In this document: in pieces, positions 8,693-18,355 of the stretch | Layout of the letters: every line of letters starts with the position of its first letter | Position numbering within the stretch: the first letter of the stretch is position 1 | DNA from: Spirochaetota bacterium | GTDB taxonomy: Bacteria; Spirochaetota; UBA4802; UB4802 | DNA length: 48,092 bases | Assembly: GCA_035420565.1 (NCBI GenBank) | Contig: DAOLVF010000003.1 | Coordinates: 1-48,092 of the forward strand | Direction: 5' to 3' | Program-made: the position numbers and the translations under genes | Notes under the pieces: generated by a model | Databases searched by the model: none | Told to the model about the DNA's origin: nothing | The model's input: the letters and a program-made list of their open reading frames with translations, nothing else

Positions 8693-10501
8693 TTATTTGT
8701 TTTTATTAATAAGCACCTCATAGTCCCTGCCGGCATTCCAGAAAATATATCCCTGCGTACCGGTATCAGTGCATGCCTGTATCTGCTTCTGTATATAGTC
8801 ATATCCCCAGCCCGGAGAAAGCATGTTAAACGCCTGCAGGTAAGGGCGCACTGTTGCCTTTGAATACATATATGCCCTGCTAAGACTTTCACGCACTATT
8901 GTATAATAACCCTCTGGGGTTATCTTTCCATCAAAAAATTTCCTCCCATAGTGCGACGGATATACCATAGGACAGAGCACATCTATAATGCCTGTCATTG
9001 CCTCAATATCCTGCCCCAACCATTGTCCAAACTCATACCATACCGTAAATCCATACACATCTACCGATACAGGCACAGCAAGTGATGCTTTTGCTGTACG
9101 CAAAAAATCGGTAATGGCTTCATACTTATATATGCCATTATCCGGTTTAAAGGTAAACACACATCTATTGACCGGACCATCCGTAGGGAAGCGTACGTAG
9201 TCAAACTGTATCTCATCAAAGCCTGCATCCTGTGCCTGTTGTGCAATCGCAATAGTATACCTGTGTACAAAATCGCTGTACGGATCAATCCAGTATTCCT
9301 TTGGATTTCCCTGCCATGCCTTTTTTGTTGCAGCATCAACAATTGCATACCTATGCTTAAAACCGCTAAATAAACGCTTGTCTTTAAACACCACCATACG
9401 CGCTATAGCCTGTATGCCATTGGCGTGACAATAATTGCACAACTCATGTAATGGGAGTGATGTTTGCAAAGCACCTATCATGGCTGCTGTTTCATTGTTT
9501 ATGCCATACACGTTGCCATAATCATCTTTAATGTCAAACACCAGGGCGTTACAGCCTGAGCGTTTTGCATACCCCACACACTTTTTGATAGTTTGCCATG
9601 AGGTTGGCGTAGCGGCATATAATCCTCGAATGGAATCGTTGCTGGTTTTTACTGCTTTTACAAAAATATAATGGGTGCCATCGGTCAATACGGCACAACA
9701 AAAGTTTTTTGGCGATAGTTCCTGATAAACAAATGTTCCGTTGTTATTTACAACCAGCCTATCACCATCAACTATCGCCCAGCCATCTTCGTAAAGAGAA
9801 CATCCATAGTATGGACCGCCATTCCCCGCAAACACCATCTTCCAGCCTGACGCACCGTATGAATACACCTGCGGTGTAAAGCGTGTTGCCGCCCGTACCG
9901 GCGAGCCACCGGAAACATGCGCAATTGTTTCATAAAAGCCAATGCTGTCCGAATACATCTTCCTGGGAAAACTGCCGTTTACTGCAACAAATCTGCCTGC
10001 CGTATAACGGTATATGCCATTCCACGATGTCCCCACAACAAGCTGACCGCCCTTTGCATAGAGCGCAGTAATGCATGCATTAGCAGGCAGCCCTGTCATT
10101 GGTATAACCTCCCAGCGTTTGCCCGCATCACCCGATGTATACAGCGTATATTTTGTTGCGCAGTACAGCCGGGCGGGGTCACAGCCATCAACACAAAATG
10201 CTGATATGCTTCGATACTGATTACACGGTGAATGTATGGTGCGTGTATATGCGCTTGCAGGGGTTATATTTTCCCAGTAACTATCGCCACCATTATTTTT
10301 AAAAATACCATGCTGCGATGTTGTAAGGTATATGATGTTCCCGTGAACCTGTATATCATTGATGACAATGTTTGCTGGTAATCCTTTACACTTTGCTTCA
10401 TGATAATATAAAAAGCCATTGTTTTGTACCAGCAATGGCTTCCATGAGGCATATACCGTTGAAGAAAAAACAAGAATAAGGCTAAGCGCTAAACTTTTCA
10501 T
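8693..10501 (-). CDS. Secreted two-domain protein: BNR/Asp-box beta-propeller-like N-domain plus putative glycoside-hydrolase TIM-barrel (DUF4015/GHL-like) C-domain
   Basis: The 602-aa ORF has a signal peptide (MKSLALSLILVFSSTVYAS) and an Asp-box (TSGDAGKRW). The C-terminal half (ALVFDIKDDYGNVY ... WIDPYS ... FDEIQFDYVRFP) matches my recollection of the DUF4015 putative hydrolase family. Its start overlaps the XPB gene by 20 nt. Confidence 0.6.
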   Translation of the reverse strand: MKSLALSLILVFSSTVYASWKPLLVQNNGFLYYHEAKCKGLPANIVINDIQVHGNIIYLTTSQHGIFKNNGGDSYWENITPASAYTRTIHSPCNQYRSISAFCVDGCDPARLYCATKYTLYTSGDAGKRWEVIPMTGLPANACITALYAKGGQLVVGTSWNGIYRYTAGRFVAVNGSFPRKMYSDSIGFYETIAHVSGGSPVRAATRFTPQVYSYGASGWKMVFAGNGGPYYGCSLYEDGWAIVDGDRLVVNNNGTFVYQELSPKNFCCAVLTDGTHYIFVKAVKTSNDSIRGLYAATPTSWQTIKKCVGYAKRSGCNALVFDIKDDYGNVYGINNETAAMIGALQTSLPLHELCNYCHANGIQAIARMVVFKDKRLFSGFKHRYAIVDAATKKAWQGNPKEYWIDPYSDFVHRYTIAIAQQAQDAGFDEIQFDYVRFPTDGPVNRCVFTFKPDNGIYKYEAITDFLRTAKASLAVPVSVDVYGFTVWYEFGQWLGQDIEAMTGIIDVLCPMVYPSHYGRKFFDGKITPEGYYTIVRESLSRAYMYSKATVRPYLQAFNMLSPGWGYDYIQKQIQACTDTGTQGYIFWNAGRDYEVLINKNK

Positions 10502-12164
10502 GGAACATGCTCTCGTTCATGATGATATAGGTGTATCCTTGCTCGGTTAAAAAAAGCTGGCGATTATGAGCAAAATGTTCCTCAACCGTATGAGCGGTAA
10601 TGATTGAATAAAAGTAAGCGGTATTATCACCTGGCTTTGGGCGCAAAATCCTCCCCAGCCGTTGTGCCTCTTCCTGCCTTGAACCAAATGTGCCTGACAC
10701 CTGAATGGCAACGTTTGCATCCGGCAGGTCAATAGAAAAATTTGCAACCTTTGATACAATGAGCCGTGTAATAGTACCACCTTTAAATTGTTTGTAGAGC
10801 TCTTCGCGCTCCTTTACCGGTGTACTTCCGGTTATGATAGGATAGTTAAAACGCTCCTTGATTATTTGCAACTGATCAATATATTGTCCAATAATCAATA
10901 CCCTGTCATTGGGATGTGCATTGAGGAGCCTTTCAATGTAGTATAGTTTTTTTTCGTTTTCTGATGCTATTCTAAACTTTTGCCTGTCGCCTGCCACGGT
11001 GTATTGATAGCGTATGCTTTCCGGCAGTTCAATGCGTATCTCAGAACAGATTGCCTTTGCAATCCAGTTGCATTCTTCCAGCATCTTCCATGGCATATCA
11101 AATTTTTTTGGTCCAATGAGGCTAAATACATCTGTTTCAAGTCCATCCTCACGCACCAGTGTTGCAGTAAGCCCTAACCTGCGTTTTGATTGAATCTCGG
11201 CAGTCATTCTGAACACTGGAGCTGGCAGTAGATGCACCTCATCGTATATAATAAGCCCCCAGTTGTTTTCGGTAAACAGTTTAAAATGTTTAAATTCATC
11301 TTCTTTTTTTCGACGGTAGGTTAATATGTTATAGGTGGCAATAGTTACCGGTTTTATATCCTTAACATCACCGGAATACTCACCAATCATGTCAGTTGAC
11401 AGCGTTGTCTTATCCAGCAGTTCATCAATCCACTGACGCAATGCAACGGTGTTGGTTACCAGGATAAGTGTTTTTGTTTGATAGATATGCATGATGCCCA
11501 TCCCAACAATGGTTTTCCCCGCACCACAGGGAAGCACAACAACACCACTCCCCCCTTCATCACTGCCATGCCTATAAAAGCTGTTTATTGCGTTTTGTTG
11601 ATAATCACGGATAACAAACGGACTACCACTTTGCGTAACCGTTCGCAATGCAAATGGACAGGGGTCGCCATCAATATAGCCGGCTTTATCCTCAACAGGA
11701 AATCCTATTTTTATAAGAGCCTGTTTTATATGTCCACGACTGTATGGTTTTATTACCAGTTCATAGTCGGACAGTTGACTATCAATAAACTTTTGTATGG
11801 ATTTATGGGTAACTATCTCACGAATGATATGAGCATCGTTACTTTGCAATATACAATTTTCATTGTGTTTTATTAATGTCAAAAGTCCATAGCGCTGCAT
11901 CTGTTCTTTAATGGTGGTGACAACAATTGATGGCACATCATACCGTGAATACTGCGCAATGCGCTCAAGTATTTCTTTTGTAGTTAATCCCGACGATGCT
12001 GCATTCCACAGGGATAATGGTGTGATCCTGTATGTATGTATATGTTCAGGACTTTTTTCAAGTTCAGCAAAAGGAAGAATAGCATCCCGCACCTCTTCAT
12101 ATAGTGGATTGTCTACTTCCAGAAGCAGAGTATTATCACTCTGAACGATAAGTGGTTTTATCAT
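10482..12164 (-). CDS. XPB/Ssl2 (ERCC3)-type SF2 DNA helicase
   Basis: The 560-aa ORF has an XPB-like N-terminal domain (LEKSPEHIHTYRITPLSLWNA), Walker A VLPCGAGKT, a DEVH box (IYDEVH), GLTATLVRED and a helicase C domain. Confidence 0.85.
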   Translation of the reverse strand: MIKPLIVQSDNTLLLEVDNPLYEEVRDAILPFAELEKSPEHIHTYRITPLSLWNAASSGLTTKEILERIAQYSRYDVPSIVVTTIKEQMQRYGLLTLIKHNENCILQSNDAHIIREIVTHKSIQKFIDSQLSDYELVIKPYSRGHIKQALIKIGFPVEDKAGYIDGDPCPFALRTVTQSGSPFVIRDYQQNAINSFYRHGSDEGGSGVVVLPCGAGKTIVGMGIMHIYQTKTLILVTNTVALRQWIDELLDKTTLSTDMIGEYSGDVKDIKPVTIATYNILTYRRKKEDEFKHFKLFTENNWGLIIYDEVHLLPAPVFRMTAEIQSKRRLGLTATLVREDGLETDVFSLIGPKKFDMPWKMLEECNWIAKAICSEIRIELPESIRYQYTVAGDRQKFRIASENEKKLYYIERLLNAHPNDRVLIIGQYIDQLQIIKERFNYPIITGSTPVKEREELYKQFKGGTITRLIVSKVANFSIDLPDANVAIQVSGTFGSRQEEAQRLGRILRPKPGDNTAYFYSIITAHTVEEHFAHNRQLFLTEQGYTYIIMNESMFHEKFSA

Positions 12165-12600
12165 ATCCGTTAAATTTTTGGTTTACTATTTTTTCTAAAA
12201 TTGTGAGTTCTTTAGCAAGTCTGTGTTTTATTATAGCACTTAGAAATGGCTGAACAATAAAATACCGTAAAGGGAGTACTATAGCACAATCTGCTGTTAC
12301 ACTGGTTTTATTGTCAGATTGTTCAAATGTATAGGTATAACTATATTCCTTAATAGCCCCTTTTAACTTTTTTAGCTCACAGTATTTAAAAGGTATCGCA
12401 GTATAGGTAAGCCTCATTGGAAATTTATTTACAATAAAACGAATATCAACATCAATAAGCTGTAATCCTTCTTCGTCACGAGCTATGCGATAGTTCCTGA
12501 AAGCGGGTTTTAACCGTGCCAATTTATTGATATGATCTATCGCTGAATAAACCTCATCAATGGGGAATGAAAATGTTCTGGAAATGGTTACTTTTATCAT
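12136..12600 (-). CDS. SRPBCC (START/RatA-like) superfamily protein
   Basis: At 154 aa, its size and beta-rich pattern with a long C-terminal helix are typical of SRPBCC ligand-binding proteins. It overlaps the XPB start by 29 nt. Confidence 0.45.
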   Translation of the reverse strand: MIKVTISRTFSFPIDEVYSAIDHINKLARLKPAFRNYRIARDEEGLQLIDVDIRFIVNKFPMRLTYTAIPFKYCELKKLKGAIKEYSYTYTFEQSDNKTSVTADCAIVLPLRYFIVQPFLSAIIKHRLAKELTILEKIVNQKFNGYDKTTYRSE

Positions 12601-12743
12601 GATACATCTCTTTTACCAAAAACTGCACCATGTATTCTGCATCCTATGAAAAATTTGTCAAATACTTAATTGTGCTGTTTCAAACCACAAAACAATACTA
12701 TCTCCCGCGAAAATAGAATTATACACCCCCTGTCATGATAGAT

Positions 12744-12885
12744 CCTGAATCGGAATTCAGGACGACACCCTGCATGCCTGTCATTTTGAGGGACGCAGTC
12801 CCGAAGAACCTATTTATTCATAAAACAACGAGATTCTGAGCTTGGCCCAAAATCAAAATAATTAGATACTGAATCAGCCGTTCAG
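12744..12885. repeat. Cluster of short hairpin (MITE/REP-like) repeat units in a 376-bp spacer
   Basis: The cluster has three units. CCTGAAT-cgga-ATTCAGG lies at 12744-12761. CCTGTCATTTTGAG-GGGAC-gca-GTCCC-GAAGAACCT lies at 12777-12811. CTGAA-tcagccg-TTCAG lies at 12869-12885. The middle unit resembles the unit at 47688-47713. Confidence 0.5.
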
Positions 12886-12976
12886 GATAACTGTCAACAT
12901 CCACATTTCCATCCTTCATGGATTGACTGATGCTAAAACCGGATGAGACTGGTCATCCCTGGTGATGAATGTTATC

Positions 12977-14359
12977 TTAAACCTTCTCTTTTTTTGCCAA
13001 TATGCTTATTATTTTCTTTTCATCATATTTCATAAACAATAACAACCCGGCAATACAAAAGAAACATGCTGCAATACAGGTTAACCGTACTCCTATATCA
13101 TTCTCTGGTGTCTTACCCAACAGTATTAATGAAGGGAACACCAGAGCTGCTATCATCTGTCCCATTTTTGACATAAACGTTCTGGCTCCAAAAAATATCC
13201 CGGCTTTAAAATTACCTTTTTCTATTCCATCTGCTTCAGCAATATCAGCAATAATTGCATTGGGCAATATCCCAAAGATTGCCAGCGGTAATGATGTAAT
13301 GATAATAACTATCAATCCCTGGATATTTTTATCAAAGGGAAACCATCCCAGCATTGAGGCAATAACATATCCCATGGAAAAAAGAATAAATGCAATTATC
13401 ATAAGCTTTTTTTTACCAATCTTTTGGGCAATTACATTGACCGGTACGTAAAATATAAAACTTAAAGCAAAAAGAATAATCATATACTGTGAATATACTG
13501 CTTTATCCATTTGTAAAAGCACTGTTACGTAGTATACAAGTCCAGTAGTAATAAATGTTAACGCTACCCAATATGCTAAATCAGAAATGGTGAAGAACAA
13601 AAAGTTTTTATTTTTAAAAGCTGAACGTAATGCTTCAAACGTTCCCTCAGTTGAAACATTTGATTCACAATACCTGCGTTCATCAATAAATAATACTGGC
13701 AGATACATGAGGATTAGTGATATTCCACCAAATATAACCATCACTGTCTGGAAGGCTCGGTGAGAACTATATCCATAGCTTTTTTCAAACATTGATTGCA
13801 GCGCCACAGCCTGTGAACCTATTGCAAATCCTATAGCCCATGTAATTGAAATGAGCGTACTTAAAAAAAGCCGTTCACGGGGATTATGGCCCAACTCAGA
13901 TAACCATGCAAAAAATGGTGTTACATACATTGTCATGAACAAGTAAAAAAGTGTCACCACAACAAAAAGCCATACCGCGTTCCATGGTGACATACCATTA
14001 ACCGGAGGGGTAAATGCCAATATACTCAAAAGAGCAAAAGGGAGTCCACCAATTGCCAAAAATTTTCTGCGCCTTCCAAACCTTGATTTTGACCTGTCCG
14101 ACATTGTTGCAATAATAGGATCAGTAATAGCATCCCACAGCCTGCCAAACGCATAGATCAATCCAATAATAGTCAAAACACCTATAACATACCCCTGATA
14201 AATGTAGGGCTGGAAAATTGCATTATTACTTTCCTCTGGTGGCAGGTAAAAATATACCAGAAGGTTCCCAACACTAAATGAAGCAAGTGACCATCCCAGC
14301 TGGCCTAATGCATAGATAATCTTTTTCCATAATGGAAGTGTTTCAACAGTACGTTGCAT
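12977..14359 (-). CDS. MFS transporter, glycoside-pentoside-hexuronide (GPH):cation symporter family
   Basis: The 460-aa ORF has about 12 TM helices, the GPH signature DAITDPIIATMSDRSKSRFGRRRKFL, and a GAGGTGG RBS. Confidence 0.85.
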   Translation of the reverse strand: MQRTVETLPLWKKIIYALGQLGWSLASFSVGNLLVYFYLPPEESNNAIFQPYIYQGYVIGVLTIIGLIYAFGRLWDAITDPIIATMSDRSKSRFGRRRKFLAIGGLPFALLSILAFTPPVNGMSPWNAVWLFVVVTLFYLFMTMYVTPFFAWLSELGHNPRERLFLSTLISITWAIGFAIGSQAVALQSMFEKSYGYSSHRAFQTVMVIFGGISLILMYLPVLFIDERRYCESNVSTEGTFEALRSAFKNKNFLFFTISDLAYWVALTFITTGLVYYVTVLLQMDKAVYSQYMIILFALSFIFYVPVNVIAQKIGKKKLMIIAFILFSMGYVIASMLGWFPFDKNIQGLIVIIITSLPLAIFGILPNAIIADIAEADGIEKGNFKAGIFFGARTFMSKMGQMIAALVFPSLILLGKTPENDIGVRLTCIAACFFCIAGLLLFMKYDEKKIISILAKKEKV

Positions 14360-14473
14360 GATACCACCTCACACTGCTTATTATATCGATATCGACATTA
14401 TTATGATATATATACTAAATTGCAATTATTTTTTCTCATAGCACCCACCACATTTAAAACTGTGATTTCCATT

Positions 14474-16600
14474 TTAACTGGTGGTAGCTTTTGAAACAAT
14501 TGTTTGTTTTTGTAAAACCATACGCGCATCAACAGCAATACAACCTTCACCTTTGGGATACACCATAACAGGGTTGCATTCAATATCAGCAATTTCATCA
14601 ATAGCTGAAATAGCATAGCTCAAGGTCATAATCACTTCACTTAATGCTTCTGCATCAAGAGGTTCTTTACCTCTGAAGCCATCAAACAACTGTGCAGATT
14701 TCAACTGCTGTATCATATCCCATGCTTCAACTTTTGTAACCGGGGCTAACCGTATAGCTATATCTTTAAAAAGTTCAACATATATCCCCCCTAATCCAAC
14801 CATTACAATGGGACCAAAGACTGCATCCTTTTGTGCTCCTACAATAAACTCAACGCCTGCTTTTGCCATTGTATGCACATATATGCCTTTAAATACTGCA
14901 TTGGGGTTATAATCATACAGTGACTGTTTCATATCTATAAAAGCATCTTCCAACTGTTCAACATCCATTATATTGAGCCTGACTCCATCAACCTCCGTTT
15001 TATGCGTTGCATCAGGTGATACAATTTTTGCCACAACCGGAAATTGGAATTCTTTTTCATAAATCTCATCAACTGTTGTAATAAGTGCACCATTGACAAT
15101 GGGTAATCCAATTGATTCACAAAAACTAATTGATTCATGCAACAACGGATTTTTATTGTTGCACAATACATCATTGAGCACGGCAAAATCTTGTTTAACC
15201 TTCTCCATTTTTCTATAGTCAATTTCACCTCTATTATTTCGCATTTGTTTTTTTTGATAATACTCTGCTGATATTGCAAGTGCATGTGCAGCACTGTATG
15301 GTGTGTTGAATATTGGCATGGGGTGATTCATGTTTATATCCAGCATTTCCTGTGCATCAGATATCATGGCAATCATGACTGGTTTATTATATTGTTTGAT
15401 AAGCCGTTCTACGGTATCTAAAAATGTCCGTGACATAGTAGCTTCATATTCGGATTGATAGAGGTGGTTAAACAGTATACCATCAACATTATCCAGCTTA
15501 ATAGTTTCTTCAACTATTCTGCCAAATATGGTATAATCAAAAATTTCTCCAAGATCCAGCGGATTCTGATGCGCTATGATACGTGTGTTATAAATGGTGC
15601 GTATTATATCAATATATGATTGCGGGAATGAAACCAGGTTGAAATTATATTTTGCACACGCATCTGCCGAGATAACGGCATGTCCTCCTGATCGGGACAA
15701 CACGGCAACATTTCGTCCTTTCATTAGTGGAAGCTGCATCGCTTTGACAGCTTTAATCATCTCTTCTTCATCTTCTGCTCGTATCACTCCGCTCTGTGCA
15801 AAGGCTGCATCAACGATTGCATCACTGGCAGATAGTGCTGTTGTGTGCGATTGAGCAATCTTAGCACTGATAGGCGACCTGTTGGATTTATGTACAATAA
15901 TGGGTTTTTCGGATAAACGGGCAATTTCAAAAAATTCCTTCCCTCTATTAAATCCTTCAAGATAGCATAATATTATTCTGGTCGCTTCATCCTCATTTAC
16001 TAAATAGTTTAAAAAATCAACTTCATCAAGCATTAACTTATTACCAATACTAATAAATTTATTCATAAATATATGATTTTCAGGGAGAGCGTGTAAATAA
16101 GTGTTCCCAATGCCCCCACTTTGTGAAATCAGTGATACCTGTCCTGCCTCCGGGATGTTCTGGATAAATGCAAATGGCATAATTACCTTTTCTTCAAAAT
16201 TTATTATTCCTATACAATTGGGACCTATAATCTGGATTCCATATTTTTTTGCAATTCCAAGTATTTGTTCCTCCATACTTTGCTCTTGTTCAGAATATTC
16301 ACTAAACCCTCCTGATTCAATAACAACATGGCAAATCCCCTTTTTACCACATTTTTCTAACTGTTCAGGAACAGTTTTAGCGGGGGTTATAATAATTGCA
16401 ACATCCGGGGTTGTTGGCAAATCTAAAATGTCTTTATATACTATTACCCCCTCTATTTCTCCTTCATGGGTGCTTACCCCATACAGTATTCCTTTATATC
16501 CCTGCCGTATATTGTTTAGAAGTATTATCTTTCCTAAATTTATTTTTGTTAATGAAACACCAACTACAACCATGCTCTCGGGGTAAAAAAATGTTTTCAT
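14474..16600 (-). CDS. ADP-forming acetyl-CoA synthetase / acyl-CoA synthetase (NDP-forming), fused alpha-beta
   Basis: The 708-aa ORF has an N-terminal CoA-binding domain (VVGVS...), a succinyl-CoA-ligase-like flavodoxin domain (SQSGGIGN, LSRSGGHAV) and a C-terminal ATP-grasp domain. Confidence 0.85.
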   Translation of the reverse strand: MKTFFYPESMVVVGVSLTKINLGKIILLNNIRQGYKGILYGVSTHEGEIEGVIVYKDILDLPTTPDVAIIITPAKTVPEQLEKCGKKGICHVVIESGGFSEYSEQEQSMEEQILGIAKKYGIQIIGPNCIGIINFEEKVIMPFAFIQNIPEAGQVSLISQSGGIGNTYLHALPENHIFMNKFISIGNKLMLDEVDFLNYLVNEDEATRIILCYLEGFNRGKEFFEIARLSEKPIIVHKSNRSPISAKIAQSHTTALSASDAIVDAAFAQSGVIRAEDEEEMIKAVKAMQLPLMKGRNVAVLSRSGGHAVISADACAKYNFNLVSFPQSYIDIIRTIYNTRIIAHQNPLDLGEIFDYTIFGRIVEETIKLDNVDGILFNHLYQSEYEATMSRTFLDTVERLIKQYNKPVMIAMISDAQEMLDINMNHPMPIFNTPYSAAHALAISAEYYQKKQMRNNRGEIDYRKMEKVKQDFAVLNDVLCNNKNPLLHESISFCESIGLPIVNGALITTVDEIYEKEFQFPVVAKIVSPDATHKTEVDGVRLNIMDVEQLEDAFIDMKQSLYDYNPNAVFKGIYVHTMAKAGVEFIVGAQKDAVFGPIVMVGLGGIYVELFKDIAIRLAPVTKVEAWDMIQQLKSAQLFDGFRGKEPLDAEALSEVIMTLSYAISAIDEIADIECNPVMVYPKGEGCIAVDARMVLQKQTIVSKATTS

Positions 16601-16852
16601 GTCAACCTCATATAATTATCATACAATATTACATCTTTAACGATATGTTATAGCTATATTTTAATAGTCAAGTAATTTTACTTTTATTATTTTATTTTAA
16701 TGGTATTGCTATTGACGTTTTACCAGGCTTACCATTATGATAAGTAATGATTGAAGTCTTTTTTACGAGATTTTGCAGGAATGAACATTAAAGTTTTACA
16801 TGTCTACTGTTATTTTTTAAGGGGGTCTTTACTATTATCATAACACATACAT

Positions 16853-17083
16853 CTACAATAACACATCAATTAACATGTCCAGATGATCCATAAGTTCTCT
16901 TGTAATGAGGAAGTTCTTCCTTACATGTTCTTTTCCATTTTTCCCCATACTGATTCTAAGCTCTTCATTTTTAAGAATCTCAATTACTTTTTTGGCACAT
17001 CCATCAATATCATAGGGATCAACAAGGAATCCGTTTTCACCATCAATAATCAGGACATTTTCAAACCCTACTAATGTCCCATC
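16853..17083 (-). pseudogene. C-terminal remnant of a GT4 (group 1) glycosyltransferase
   Basis: A start-less 76-codon frame reads DGTLVGFENVLIIDGENGFLVDPYDIDGCAKKVIEILKNEELRISMGKNGKEHVRKNFLITRELMDHLDMLIDVLL*. This is the typical GT4 C-terminal E..G.LV.P.D......I..LL.N.EL...MG..G...V pattern. Confidence 0.6.
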
Positions 17084-17104
17084 CTATCCATATATATTAT
17101 ATAT

Positions 17105-17251
17105 TCAATTTTCGGAGGATGAATTCTTTATAAAATCGATATATGCTTTTAATCCGGTTGAAAGCCCTCCCACACTTTCTTTAATAATCAACCTGCCATT
17201 TTTTTCAGAAACTGTAACAGGCAACCTGTTTGAAATAATTACTAAACGCAT
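17105..17251 (-). pseudogene. N-terminal remnant of a GT20 trehalose-6-phosphate synthase (OtsA-like)
   Basis: An AGGTGAG RBS precedes an ATG giving MRLVIISNRLPVTVSEKNGRLIIKESVGGLSTGLKAYIDFIKNSSSEN*. The signature RLV..SNRLPV...GGL.tGL is the GT20 N-terminus. A full protein would be about 450+ aa. Confidence 0.6.
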
Positions 17252-17296
17252 ACTCACCTACTTATCTATTTATTAATTATACAATAATCCATACGG

Positions 17297-18355
17297 CTAC
17301 ATCTTGCTTTTTGTTACATAAATAAGACTTGTTGGATAGGCAAATTCAATGTTATGTTTTTCAAATTCATCCTTTATCTTAAGATTGATTTCCTGTTGTA
17401 TGTCCATATATACATTGTAATCATTGCTGTTCACATAGTATACAATCTCAAAATTTAAACTAAAATCACCATACGAAAAAAAATGTGCTCTATCAAAGGT
17501 TGTACCATCAATATTCTGGATAATCTCTTTTATAATCTCTGGGATTAACGTTAAATCTTCAAGCCCTGTCTCATACACAACACCAATGGTAAAAACAACC
17601 CTTCTTCTATTCATTCTTTTATAATTGCGAACACGAGCATTGGCAAGGTTGGTATTAGAAATAATTATTTGTTCACCGCCTATACCCCGTATCTTTGACG
17701 ACTTGATACCTATTTTTTCTACTGTACCCATGAAATCTTTATCAATAATGATAAAATCTTCAATTTCAAAAGGACGATCAAAGAGCATAACAAAATATGC
17801 AAATAGATCTCCCAGTATATTTTGAGCAGCCAATGCAACAGCCAACCCGCCTATGCCAAGCCCGGCAATCAGCGGGGTAAGTTTAATCCCTAAATTTTCT
17901 AATAAAATAAAGATTGCAAACGACCATACAAGAATCTGTATCAACGGATTCAATGCTCTTAATGCTTTTTGTTTTGTTACATTGCCTTCTTTTTGTATTA
18001 TAGCGGAAATAAAAATTTTAATCCCATTGAGAACAAACATCACACCAAATATAGTCATCAGTATTAATACAATAACATCCAATGTCTTCTTTAAAGAAGG
18101 ATGTAATGTTAATTGTATAATACTGACATAGAATGAACATATATATATCAAGGGGATAAATTTTTTTTCAAATGCTTCAACAGCAATATCATCCAATTCT
18201 GTTGTTGTTTTCCGTGCCCATGATTTTAATAATCTTATAATTATTGTTTTGAAAATATAAATAGCTATAATCCCAACAATAAAAATTAACAAACTTACAC
18301 AATACTCTTTCACTGTATTGTTAAATAGCCTTATATTGAGCAACCTTTCAAGCAT
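17297..18355 (-). CDS. Mechanosensitive ion channel (MscS family)
   Basis: The 352-aa ORF has N-terminal TM helices and the MscS core LGDLFAYFVMLFDRPFEIEDFIIID...GTVEKIGIKSSKIRGIGGEQIIISN. Confidence 0.85.
   Translation of the reverse strand: MLERLLNIRLFNNTVKEYCVSLLIFIVGIIAIYIFKTIIIRLLKSWARKTTTELDDIAVEAFEKKFIPLIYICSFYVSIIQLTLHPSLKKTLDVIVLILMTIFGVMFVLNGIKIFISAIIQKEGNVTKQKALRALNPLIQILVWSFAIFILLENLGIKLTPLIAGLGIGGLAVALAAQNILGDLFAYFVMLFDRPFEIEDFIIIDKDFMGTVEKIGIKSSKIRGIGGEQIIISNTNLANARVRNYKRMNRRRVVFTIGVVYETGLEDLTLIPEIIKEIIQNIDGTTFDRAHFFSYGDFSLNFEIVYYVNSNDYNVYMDIQQEINLKIKDEFEKHNIEFAYPTSLIYVTKSKM

Noticed and set aside
13002-13451. Long antisense ORFs inside confident genes. Examples are 1201-1542, 3608-3907, 5497-5901, 11478-11876, 13002-13451, 16101-16586, 33027-33482, 36760-37266, 42344-42990 and 46688-47110.
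   Set aside because: They lie entirely within well-supported genes on the opposite strand. They have no RBS, they have odd composition, and they are typical shadow ORFs.
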